From NCBI GenBank assembly GCA_030704615.1, contig CM060732.1, positions 67,704,001 through 67,768,000 of the forward strand: a DNA stretch of 64,000 bases, given 5' to 3'. Shown one piece after another: positions 52,753 to 63,612 of the stretch. Below the pieces are notes generated by a model. The model did no database searches and was not told the DNA's origin. It worked only from the letters and a program-made list of their open reading frames with translations. The DNA is from Takakia lepidozioides. Taxonomy: Eukaryota; Plantae; Bryophyta. Made by a program: the position numbers and the translations under genes. Within the stretch, counting starts at the first letter, position 1. Each line of letters begins with the position of its first letter.

Positions 52753-53727
52753 TGTCGAGCGGCTTTTACTCACCCATCCCTTCGCTATCCGAGGTGGAAA
52801 CTCCAAGATAGAAGAGTTGGATATCTCTAAGCACTCAACCCGCTCTGAACAATCAGTCATGACCCACAGCTAGTGTATCATGGTTGTGCTTCCTCTTTGT
52901 ATTCCTTCTTGCCTTCATGTTATCAATTTACCTTACTGGGTATACTGAAGCATCAGATTGCTTCAGTATCTTCCAAGTTCCAATCAATCATTCATTCATT
53001 CCACAACTTTTCTCATGTCTCTCTACACAGTATGATTGTATCGAACAAGTATCAGATTATGATTAATCAAGTATCAGCCAATGCCATGGTGTCCCTATTC
53101 TACGCTACTGTATGATTCTACAGCTTGCATGAATTAAGCCTCAATCAAGTCATCATCTCCTCTTCACTGTTCCGCTCTCCGTTTCGTCTCCTCCTCCCCT
53201 GACCAAGTCGCGCTCCTCAAGAAGTGATCCCCTTCCTGTTGCCACCCTGCCTAATATACCCGCAAGCTGTTCTAACCACCTAACTAACTAACTATCACCC
53301 CTGAAGTAACACGTTCCCTTTGCAGATGTCGTTCCTACACAGTCGTTCCCTGTCAATGATAACCGTTCCCTATGTACGCTGTGACAGGCTGTGCCAAGCT
53401 GTGTCGAGCTGTGCCTGTGCCGAGCTGTGACTGGCTGTGTAAAGCTGTGTCGGGTTGTGTCAGACTGTGTCGGGCTGTGACTGTGCCGAGCTGTGACTGG
53501 CTGTGCGAAGCTGTGATAGACTGTGACGGGTTGTGACTAGCTGTGCGAAGCTGTGTTGGGCTGTGTCATACTGTGTCTGGCTGTCTACCCCCCCCCCCCC
53601 TAAAGCCTACGCCTGCCACCCCTACGGCTTCTGTTGGTCTCAGTCTACCATCCGTAAGTCTGCGCAAAAATTAATGGTAGCCCACAGAACCCGTAAAAGC
53701 ATCCAAGTCCCAAGCAACTCTCTAACA
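52753..53727 (-). repeat. 3' LTR (975 bp) with CACAGC-rich array
   Basis: TG...CA termini preceded by a PPT. Homologous to the + strand LTR at 58620-59537. Confidence 0.88.
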
Positions 53728-53951
53728 TTACCCCTCCCCCTCTCAAAAAGCTGTGTCCTCACGGTCTATTGTTTAGGATCAGCAAACCTTTGTGAACGAG
53801 CACCCTTCTAACGGTGAGAGTCTCGTGAAGGACTCCGTGTGCGAGCTCGAGCCCTGTCACTGGCTGATGGAGGCAATTGAGCACTACCTGGAAATGTCTG
53901 ACCCTCCTGTGGCTGATAACGAGGTAACCTCTCAGGCATAGGAGATCCCCG

Positions 53952-55172
53952 TCATTTTTTCTCTGCCATCTGAAGTGCATAGTCCTCTGCCATGTCAAAA
54001 GATTCCCCTGAAGAACCAGTAGTATCTGAATCATCGTCCCCCCTTAGGTGTTTTAACGGCCGAACTTTAAGTGGCTTCTCCGGAATCCTGCATGGCATAC
54101 AATGTTGTCCCACCATGTCTGGAAGCTTAAACTGTACTACTTGTTGTAAGCGCGTGCAAGCAAAATGAGTGAACGCCCGGAACTCCTTAGCCGTATAGGT
54201 GAGAGGTGTGCCAATGACTTTGGAACAATGTAAGTATTTCCAGGCTTCATGTCCCTTATAGAAAATATCATCAGGGCCCAATTTCTCTATTGCCAAGTTG
54301 TTCCAAGCCAAATTAAACCAGGAACGAAGTTGGGAATCCTTCTGCATCATAACTTTTGCATCATACAGGTACATATGAGGTGGCAGTGAAGGTAAGACCC
54401 AATGATCCCCACTGGAATAACTCAGAAATCGTGATTGCATCTTTTGCTGCTCAATGTGATAACGTGCCATGAAACAAGCAGCATAGTATAATCCACAACC
54501 CATGACAATACTAGATACCTCCTTGGTCTTGGTATAGATGTACCCATGTACAACCTGGAAGGCAATTAATTCCTTCAGCATGGTGCCTGCCTCAGACCAG
54601 TACCTTGCAAAGTGATGATCCTCAATGGGTCGATTGTTCGGAAGAACCTTAGTCCGAGTTGCCACTGGCAACCAAATGCGCATGATCTGGTAGTAATGTG
54701 CCAATGACTGCGGAGGACTAAATTCCTTCCAAGCCAAATCCAGCACAATGGGAATTTGGTTGAAGGGCATAATCATAGCCCGATTGTACTCCCGTGCAGC
54801 AGGAGTCCGAGGTGGGTTAAAAGCAACATCCCCCCAAACCTCAGGCTGTGGCTTTGCCATAGTAGCAATAGTGTCAGTCACCTGCACAGCTACCTGCTGT
54901 GGAAGCTGTGATATTGGCACCACTGGCCCTTCTACCACTGGCAACTCCTGCACCTCCTGCGAAGAAGATTGAAAAATCAAAGTCTTGGCATGCAAATAAG
55001 TAGCCACCAGCTGCTCCTTAGGAATAAAGATTCTCTTGTCAATATTTGAACTCAGGTCATCCACTTGAGTCTGTAGGCCTTCCACATCATCTTGTAACTC
55101 CGCTATCCTACTATAGACGTTGTCTATAGTAGTTGTGGCAATGTTCTGCACCTGGAATCTGAGATCATTCAT
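53952..55172 (-). CDS. Intact 406-aa accessory ORF (ORF-B) of the gypsy element, unknown function
   Basis: Uninterrupted ORF between integrase and PPT on the sense strand, with an N-terminal coiled coil and an aromatic-rich globular region. Its ATG overlaps the ORF-A stop (GATGAATGA). Confidence 0.7.
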   Translation of the reverse strand: MNDLRFQVQNIATTTIDNVYSRIAELQDDVEGLQTQVDDLSSNIDKRIFIPKEQLVATYLHAKTLIFQSSSQEVQELPVVEGPVVPISQLPQQVAVQVTDTIATMAKPQPEVWGDVAFNPPRTPAAREYNRAMIMPFNQIPIVLDLAWKEFSPPQSLAHYYQIMRIWLPVATRTKVLPNNRPIEDHHFARYWSEAGTMLKELIAFQVVHGYIYTKTKEVSSIVMGCGLYYAACFMARYHIEQQKMQSRFLSYSSGDHWVLPSLPPHMYLYDAKVMMQKDSQLRSWFNLAWNNLAIEKLGPDDIFYKGHEAWKYLHCSKVIGTPLTYTAKEFRAFTHFACTRLQQVVQFKLPDMVGQHCMPCRIPEKPLKVRPLKHLRGDDDSDTTGSSGESFDMAEDYALQMAEKK

Positions 55173-57281
55173 CTCTCCCTGGGTGAGCTTCCTTGGTGCC
55201 TTTGCCTTCTACTGGCCCTTGTGCTAACCATACTTGCATAAGGTGATTATCCACCATGTCCTGTGTGGCACCCCTGAGAGTCTGCTCCTCCTTGAGTCTG
55301 TATACATCTATCTGCTGTTGTAAAGCCTCCATGCGCTTTGCATGAGGTTCAACCAGGGCCGCATAGGCAGCAGCCAAATTATTGGCTTCCTTCCAAGCCT
55401 TGTTAGCCACAGAGAGTTCATTCTTATGGACCATGAGTGTTTGCTGCAACTCCAGAATATACCTCTCATTCTCAGCCTCAACCTGACTGTACTGTTGGAA
55501 AGTATTCTCATTGCGACATATTGTAGCCTTCAAATCAACAATGAGTTTCCCTTGCTCTATTATCTCAGCTTCTGCCATCATACATCTCTCTCCTTGTCTG
55601 TTAACTTCTAACGTAGTTTGCTCTAGAGCAGTTGTTAGTGTGGCACATTGTATGGTCATTCTCTGATGAACTGCCTCCAACTCTGTATGTAGCACGTTCA
55701 CTTCCTGCAACTTGCCCTCATGCTTCATCTGCAATTAGTATAACTGTTGTTTATATGCTTCATGCAACTTGTCCTGCTCGAGACCTGCTTCAATCAAATC
55801 TCCCTTAGCCAACTACAAGGCAACCTTTGTGTCCTCCAATTCTTTTTGCAACTTGAGGTGGGCCTCTTCATCTACCTTGTTTACACACTCGGTGGCAATT
55901 CTAGCCTCAAACTCCTTCTTGAGTTCCTCCCTCAAAGCTGCCAATTGTGTAGATGGAACATGGGATTTCACATAAGTGCCCAACAAATTGAGTGTCCTGC
56001 TTATGGAACTCATAAGCATGGCCTATTGTGGGTCGTCATGGTGAACTTGTTGTTGTTCTCCATGATCCTCCACAATGTGATGTTTCACCAACCATTCAGG
56101 CCATGTTCCCACCAGATCCTCTTTCTGAACGACCTCTTCCTCCACAGGTGCTGCAATGCTCCTACACTCCACTCCTGGAACCTCCGCCACAGGTTTGGAA
56201 ACCACATACACAGCAGGGATTTCCTCGGACAAACTCTGCACCTCTGGTGCCACGGGTTCCCTTACCAAGCCAGAGTTTTCATAGAGAAGATCACCCTTCT
56301 CAATTTCTGCCACGACCTGCTCTGTAGAGGGAATGTCCAACCCTTCTCCATCCAGAGCAATAGGTTCTGGTGTCACAGCATGTACTAACTGTGGAACCTC
56401 TGAGACAACTGGCTGTGATGGCTGTGGTACTGAAGTGACTTCTTCTTCCATCTCCAAAGGTCGTGCTTCCAATAATAACAGCCCTCTGTGCTGCTGTGCC
56501 CCATCCTGCACAAGAGCTATGGAAACATAATCTTGCGGTTTCCTTGAAGCTAGTGGATCTGCCACTACAGTCATATTCCGCTTCTGTCTCTTGGACTGGT
56601 GTTGCCCCTCCTATCCACCCTCACTATGTGAAGAGCCCCGCTCCTCCATTGTAGTGGTTGCTGCCTCAAACACTCCCATCTCCTTACGTTCTCGCGGATC
56701 AAATATGCAAGAGTCAAGAATAATTTGGGCAATGACTGGGCCAGACACAATGATCGGAGACTTAGCAGCAGTGCCCTGTAACCTCTTCATCTCTTCCACC
56801 AGACCATTGTACATTAATTCTGCCCAAGCTACATCCGCTCCCCTCAAAGCTTTTAGTATCTCCTCTGTGAATGATCTGCTCAAATATTGTTGATTCTGTT
56901 TCATGGCAAACAGAACGTTCAAGATTTGGCCAACTTCTCTGAGCCCTGGGTACTCGGCTTTGGTGCAAGCGTAACCTTGAAAGCTTGCAAGGCACAAAGC
57001 ATAAAGGTATGGTTGGCACAGAATGGAACGGGTAAATGCGTATAAGCCTGTGGGGCTTGCAAGTATTGAGTGAGAGAGAATGTACTCTCAACCCGTCCGT
57101 CCTTGCGCCACTGCGTGAGAAGTAAAGCGAGCGTGTAATCTGTAATATCCGCCATAGCTACAAAGCTATAGTTTTGATTGCCCCTCCTGTCGAAACGCTG
57201 GTTATTCGGAGCTACCCCGACTCTTGCGCTCATAACCCTGCTAATTTCTTGTTCTTGTTTCTTGGAGGAAACCACCTGCAT
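55165..57281 (-). pseudogene. Disrupted ~700-aa accessory ORF (ORF-A) of the gypsy element
   Basis: ORFs 56611..56997, 56023..56574, 55813..56019 and 55165..55734 are co-framed and separated by a few in-frame stops. One frameshift near 56990 links to 56919..57599. Architecture is a helical domain (VAWAELMYNGLVEEM), an E/V/P-rich linker and a long coiled coil. Confidence 0.7.
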
Positions 57282-57707
57282 GTAATTCTCGCTCGTGATT
57301 GGCTGTTGCCTCTTTGGGTAACTGCTTAATTTAACCCCCCTCAGTGGACTTTCCCCCCTGGAATGTCCACTAGGATAGCACATGTGGCAAAAGACTCTCT
57401 TTTTTGTATTCGTAAAGGATTCCGTTACCTTTGCCCTGAATGCATTAATGGGCCCACAATTAGTTTGGGTTGATGTACCGGGTAGGTACTTTGACGGCCC
57501 AATTTGTCTTCTTGCATGATGACACCTGCTTTTGCAATATATGCACTGCGGTGTGCTTCGCCCTAGCGACCACGTGTTCGTTCCTAGACATGCCTCCATC
57601 TTCCCCTATCTTCGTGGCATCTTCTCCGAGTTTGACTTCCAAGCTGTTTTTTCACCCGCCGGTTTATCACTTTTCGGATGTTAACCCACGTCCACCTGTC
57701 ATTGACC

Positions 57708-57877
57708 CTATGGACTGTGCAATCCGCATGGGCTGTGTTGGGCTGTGACAGGCTGTGTCAGACTGTGGTGAACTGTGATAGGCCGTGTGACACTGTGGTG
57801 GGCTGTGATAGGCTGTGTCACACTGTGATGGGCTGTGGTAAGCTGTGTGATGCTGTGGTGGGCTGTGATAACTGTGC
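57708..57877. repeat. 30-bp-period CTGTG/CACAG array internal to the gypsy element
   Basis: GGCTGTGATAGGCTGTGTCACACTGTGGTG-type units, the same motif as the LTR arrays at 53379-53585 and 58741-58915. Confidence 0.85.
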
Positions 57878-58438
57878 GAACACCCGTGTTCTCCGCTCAG
57901 GTCATACACATTCGGCTTTACGACAAGTGCTTCATGCTCCGTTAGTATTACCGGTGTAACCCGTGACTGTTTATGTGTTTCAATATGCAAATCGTGCTGC
58001 AATGGTTTGTCATGGATACCACTGTATCCCTTCAACTTATTGGCATTGACTATTCCCAGCATCTCTTTGTTAATGGTTTGTAACATGGCGGTGTTGTTAT
58101 CATACATCTTCTGTATGACATAAGGTCATTTCCATGGTGATTTAAGCTTAGAAGCCTTAATCTTTCCCTTCTTCTGCAACCACAGAACCAAATCACCCGT
58201 CTTAAAAGTTTTCAGTTTACCTTCATCAAATTGATCCTTCCTCTTCATCTAAATTCTGGTCATGTTATCTGCTGCATCAGCACGTACTTCTTTCACATGA
58301 TATAATTCATGTTTCCTGACCTTAATTGAATCTTCCAATTTCATTCTCCTTCCCCATTCAGTTGACATGGTAGGTAACAAGAACTCCACTGGAAGTAAAG
58401 CTTCCATACCATAAACTAATTGGAATGGTGTATACTTA

Positions 58439-58619
58439 CACTACAACAGATTGCGGCTTTTATGACTCCCATGGGTGCACAGTCATGACAGATTTGTGGC
58501 AGAAATGCCATTTGCAATCGTAAAATGCTTTTGAAGTCATAATGTAGATCTGGGGAAGACGTATATGCGACTGTATGGCTCCGGACTCTGCGCAACACAG
58601 GTCAAACATGTTTGACCAC
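58439..58619. mobile_element. Probable CACTA (En/Spm) transposon terminus inserted into the integrase gene
   Basis: CACTACAACAGA begins exactly where integrase homology stops. It is interrupted after 181 bp by the + strand LTR. The other TIR and TSD are not identified. Confidence 0.5.
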
Positions 58620-58926
58620 TGTTAGAGGACTGTCGGGGACTTAGACACTTATACGGGATCTGTAGGGTACCCTTAATTTTTGCACAGACTGAGACCGACA
58701 TGACCCTTAGGGGTGACAGCAGCGCACTGTAGAGGGGGGTTACACAGCCCGTCACAGCCGACACAGCCAACACAGCCCGTCACAGTCGTCACAGCAGACA
58801 CAGCAGACACAGCCACATAGCCAGTCACAGCCCGACACAGCCAAACACAGTCGCACAGCCAGTCACAGCCCGTCACAGTTTCACACAGCCAGTCACAGCT
58901 TGACAGAGCTGTCACGATCATAGGGA

Positions 58927-61900
58927 ACGGAGAGCAGGACATGGAACGACTGTGGGGAACAACACCTGCGAAGGGAACATGTTAGTTCACAGACGACGGT
59001 TAGTGAGGGAAACGGTTAGAACCACGGGTAGGAAGATAAAGGGAGAAGCGGGGAATTTTGGGGATGATTCGGAGGAGGACTTCTTGGTCATGGAGGAGAG
59101 GGGATCGGGCAGAGATGAAGAACGGAAGTGAAGATAGAGAGATGATGAGTAGATGCTTGATATATGCAAGGCTGTATGATATTGTAGAGCAGATTAGAGA
59201 CACAATGGCTTCGGCCTGATACCTGATAAATCATAATCGGATACTTTTACGATACAATCACACTGTGTAGAGAGATCTGAGTGAAGCTGTGGAATGAATG
59301 GATGAGTTGATGGAATCCAATAGATTGATAAAGCAAACTGATACTTAATTATCAATGGTAAGATAGCTAACATGAATACCAAAAGGGAAACAAATAGGAA
59401 ACACCCCCATGATACACTAGCTGTAGGTCATGACTGATTGTTCTGAGCGGGTTGAGTGCTTAGAGATATCCAACTCTTCTATCTTGGAGTTTCCACCTCG
59501 GATAGCGAAGGGATGGGTGAGTAAAAGCCGCTCGACATTTGGCGACCATACTGGGGATCTGGGTCATGAACAACCAGATGTGACAGACATCTGGTGGGAT
59601 CATGGTGGTTGGAGAATTAAAGAATTTGATGTGAATCAAATTCCCTGTGGAACTGAGAAGGAAAGATTGTCCAAACAATTCTTTCAAAGGTTCTTGGATT
59701 TTGCCAGACGGTTGTAAATGAAACATTCTTAAGAGAGTGCATGATGCTGACCCTGAGTGGGGTTTGGAGAAAGGAGTGATAAAGATTTATCAGGTGGCCT
59801 GTAGAGGAAGAGCACGTTGGTTACCAACACTGGTTTATGTGATAGCATTGTTATCCATTAAGCGAGTAGAGTTTGAAGGCTAGGAGGAAAGGAAAGTGAA
59901 TGTTTACACTCATATGCATGAAGAGCTTGTACTGGTAAAGAATTGGATTCCTAAGGATATTTTGTGGATCAAACTCACACCAAGAATAGCTTTTCAGACT
60001 TGTTTGCCATATGGTTATATGATAACGGAGTCTTCTAGTATAGCCAAGGGTGCATTGAAGCTTGAAAGAAACCCAGGCATATACGAGAGATACTACAGAA
60101 GAGAGTTTTGGTTATTGCCTCATTAAAGAAATGAAGGACATGGGACATGAGTGATGAAAGAGAAGCTAGACTCCAGAGATATTCAGCAAAAAGAGAAAGT
60201 TATTTGAAAGCTAATTATCCATATCTTTGGGAGAGAGGAATAGACATAGGGGAATCATCTGGACCTCTCACACCATTAAAATCAGAGAGTACATCACCCA
60301 TACCGGAAGAACTAGAGTTGGATGCCACTCCTTCTTATTATTTGCAAGAAAGATTAACCACAAGGTGGAAGATCTGAGGTACATCCCTGGATAAAAGATT
60401 TGACATAAATCTTTGATAAGAGTTGGCATGGAACACCAAAAGCAGGAACTCCAGCTTCTGAAATGGAAGACGAAGAAGGAGGAGAGGATGTGGCAGAGCC
60501 AATGGAGAGTTCAGACTCTCCAACACCATTACCGTTGAGTTACATGAGTGAAGAAGAAACCCAAGGGCAGAACTTGGAGGATGAAAACAGAGAGAAGAAA
60601 TTGGAAGAGGAAGGATATGAAGAAGTAGACCCAACAGCTGAGGTTGAGACTACAACCAGGACATCCCAACCCGTTGGACCTGGATCAAGTGGAGCACTTG
60701 GATCACAGGCCAACGAAGGTGTCGGCTCAGGGGGATCAGGTGGGCTGCCTGGATCTGGCTCTGGGGGGACAGGGAGTGTGGGAAGTAGTGCAACTGAAGC
60801 TGGGAATACCGTGAATATCGTGGGGCCGGAAGCAGGGACTGCTCAAGGGCCACCACTTGGTGGAAGATCCACCACAAAAACAACAGGTCCAGGAGGACCA
60901 GCACCAGCAAGGGTGACGGAGAGCAGGACATGGAACGACTGTGGGGAACAACACCTGCGAAGGGAACTTGTTAGTTCACAGACGACGGTTAGTGAGGGAA
61001 ACGGTTAGAACCACGGGTAGGAAGATAAAGGGAGAAGCGGGGAATTTTGGGGATGATTCGGAGGAGGACTTCTTGGTCATGGAGGAGAGGGGATCGGGCA
61101 GAGATGAAGAACGGAAGTGAAGATAGAGAGATGATGAGTAGATGCTTGATATATGCAAGGCTGTATGATATTGTAGAGCAGATTAGAGACACAATGGCTT
61201 CGGCCTGATACCTGATAAATCATAATCGGATACTTTTACGATACAATCACACTGTGTAGAGAGATCTGAGTGAAGCTGTGGAATGAATGGATGAGTTGAT
61301 GGAATCCAATAGATTGATAAAGCAAACTGATACTTAATTATCAATGGTAAGATAGCTAACATGAATACCAAAAGGGAAACAAATAGGAAACACCCCCATG
61401 ATACACTAGCTGTAGGTCATGACTGATTGTTCTGCGCGGGCTGAGTACTTAGAGATTTCCAACTCTTCTATCTTGGAGTTTCCGCCTCAAATAGCGAAGG
61501 GATGGGTGAGTAAAAGCCGTGCGACATTTGGCGACCATACTGGGGAACTAAGTAATGAACAACCAGATGTGAGAGGCATCTGGTGGGATCATGGTGGTTG
61601 GACCATTAAAGAATTTGATGTGAATCAAATTCCCTGCGGAACGAAGGAGGAAAGATTGTCCAAACAATTCTTTCAAAGGTTCTTGGAATTGCCAGACGGT
61701 TGTAAAGAAAATATTCTTAAGCGAGTGCATGATGCTGATCCGGAATGGGGTCTGGAGAAAGGAGTGATAAAGATTTATCAGGTAGCCTGTAGAGGAAGAG
61801 CACGTTGGTTACCAACATTGGTATATGTGATAGCATTGCTATCCATTAAGCGAGTAGAGTTTGAAGGCTGGGAAGAAAGAAAGGTGAATGTTTATACTCA

Positions 61901-62930
61901 TATGCATGAAGAGCTTGTACTCGTAAAGAATTGGATTCCAAAGGATATTTTGTGGATCAAACTCACACCAAGAACAGTTTTTCAGACTTGTTTGCCATAT
62001 GGTTATATGGTAACGGAGACTTCAAGTATAGCCAAGGGTGCATTGAAGCTTGAAAGAAACCCAGGCACATACGAAAGATATTACAGAAGAGAGTTTTGGT
62101 TATTGCCACATTAAAAGAAATGAAAGACATGGGACATGAGTGATGAAAGAGAAGCTAGACGCCAGAGATATTCAGCAAAAAGAGAAAGCTATCTGAAAGC
62201 TAATTATCCATATCTTTGGGAGAGAGGAATAGACATAGGGGAATCATCTGGACCTCTCACACCATTAAGATCAAAGAGTACATCACCCATACCGGAAGAA
62301 CTAGAGTTGGATACCACTCCTTCGGTTTCTTTGCAAGAAAGATTAAGGGAATTGGTACAGGAAGAAGATCAATCACGAGGTGAAAGATCTGAGGTACATC
62401 CCTGGATAAAAGATTTGACATAAATCTTTGATAAGAGTTGGCATGGAACACCAAAAGCAGGAACTCCAGCTTCTGAAATGGAAGACGAAGAAGGAGGAGA
62501 GGATGTGGCAGAGCCAATGGAGAGTTCAGACTCTCCAACACCATTACCGTTGAGTTACATGAGTGAAGAAGAAACCCAAGGGCAGAACTTGGAGGATGAA
62601 AACAGAGAGAAGAAATTGGAAGAGGAAGGATATGAAGAAGTAGACCCAACAGCTGAGGTTGAGACTACAACCAGGACATCCCAACCCGTTGGACCTGGAT
62701 CAAGTGGAGCACTTGGATCACAGGCCAACGAAGGTGTCGGCTCAGGGGGATCAGGTGGGCTGCCTGGATCTGGCTCTGGGGGGACAGGGAGTGTGGGAAG
62801 TAGTGCAACTGAAGCTGGGAATACCGTGAATATCGTGGGGCCGGAAGCAGGGACTGCTCAAGGGCCACCACTTGGTGGAAGATCCACCACAAAAACAACA
62901 GGTCCAGGAGGACCAGCACCAGCAAGGGTG
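58927..62930 (+). repeat. Tandem duplication, units 58927-60915 and 60916-62930
   Basis: Junction AGCAAGGGTG|ACGGAGAGCAGGAC jumps from gag back into the LTR. ORF tracks repeat at offsets 1989 and 2015. Confidence 0.93.
61419..62114 (+). CDS. Extra 5' ORF (ORF1, 231 aa) upstream of gag
   Basis: Intact here and disrupted in the first copy (59430-60126). Many differences between copies are synonymous. Confidence 0.65.
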   Translation: MTDCSARAEYLEISNSSILEFPPQIAKGWVSKSRATFGDHTGELSNEQPDVRGIWWDHGGWTIKEFDVNQIPCGTKEERLSKQFFQRFLELPDGCKENILKRVHDADPEWGLEKGVIKIYQVACRGRARWLPTLVYVIALLSIKRVEFEGWEERKVNVYTHMHEELVLVKNWIPKDILWIKLTPRTVFQTCLPYGYMVTETSSIAKGALKLERNPGTYERYYRREFWLLPH

Positions 62931-63071
62931 CCAGCACCTATCAGTAGGCAGAAGGTAGGGCCACAGATGGCGTTACAACCAACACGGGCAAAACCACCCT
63001 CTCCAATATATTCAGGAAAAGGGGATCCCGATGTACACATTAGCCAATTTGAGCACATGTGTATAGTGAAC
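62136..63071 (+). pseudogene. Gag N-terminal region with one in-frame stop, truncated by a further insertion or rearrangement
   Basis: 62136..62423 and 62478.. are co-framed across a TAA. Homology ends at the YSGKGDPDVH motif, before TGTAGTGTGAG. Confidence 0.7.
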
Positions 63072-63331
63072 TGTAGTGTGAGTGCAGGGGGTAAAAATTT
63101 CAAGTTTTTGTTTGGCCTTAGGTTTCGGCACTACTACAAAGGGAGTGCCCTTCGTGCTGATGAAGGGGAGGAATTGTCCATAACTTGAGGTAATTCCATG
63201 GAAAGACTATGCTATTGATCTGCCAGGAACAAAATATGGCTAAGTTATGACATGCGCCTTTTTCATCCCTAGGATGAATGATTTTCATCCATGATGTTGA
63301 ACCCTAGAAGCAGGATGTGAAATTCGAAGGG

Positions 63332-63612
63332 GAAGAGTGCGTGTATCTTTTCGCAGCTGCTGCAGTGGTGTTGGCAGCACAGGATATCTGAGAAAGTTCC
63401 ACCTACGCAAAGGGTATCAGCTTGCTTTTAAGAGAAATGTTAAGAGCTCCTGCTTGGCTTTCTGTGCAAGAAGAGTGCGTGTATCTTTTCGCAGCTGCTG
63501 CAGTGGTGCTGGCAGCACATGATATCTGAGAAAGTTCCACCTACGCAAAGGGTATCAGCTTGCTTTTAAGAGAAATGTTAAGAGCTCCTGCTTGGCTTTC
63601 TGTGCAAGAAGA
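63332..63612. repeat. 138-bp tandem repeat x2, with a diverged partial copy near 63830-63880
   Basis: GAAGAGTGCGTGTATCTTTTCGCAGCTGC at 63332 and 63470, near-identical. Confidence 0.9.

Larger units (their letters stand above)
52753..58438 (-). mobile_element. 3' half of a Ty3/gypsy (Tat/Ogre-like) LTR retrotransposon: integrase C-terminus, accessory ORFs, PPT, 3' LTR
   Basis: 58025-58436 translates to YTPFQLVYGMEALLPVEF...FKTGDLVLW...KLKSPWK*PYVI...VNANKLKGY (integrase GPY/F module). PPT GAGAGGGGGAGGGG at 53731-53744. LTR TGTTAGAG...GCTCGACA at 53727-52753. Confidence 0.9.
58620..63071 (+). mobile_element. 5' part of a related Tat/Ogre-like Ty3/gypsy element: 5' LTR, PBS, extra ORF1 and gag start, with a 2-kb tandem duplication
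   Basis: LTR TGTTAGAGG...GCTCGACA at 58620-59537. PBS TGGCGACCATACTGGGGA at 59540-59557 (tRNA-Arg type), repeated at 61529-61546. Gag motif IYSGKGDPDVHISQFEHMCIVN at ~63005-63071. Confidence 0.88.

Noticed and set aside
53379-58915. CTGTG/CACAG arrays as CRISPR-like repeats
   Set aside because: Degenerate short tandem units with no unique spacers, inside eukaryotic LTR elements.
62421-62423. In-frame TAA in gag present in both duplicated units as programmed readthrough
   Set aside because: It lies in the segment that is identical between units, so it is one mutation copied by the duplication (likely CAA to TAA), not independent conservation.
58439-63078. CACTACAA...CTGTAGTG as the two TIRs of one CACTA element
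   Set aside because: Flanking trinucleotides differ (TTA versus TGA), and the right motif abuts gag directly with no subterminal sequence.
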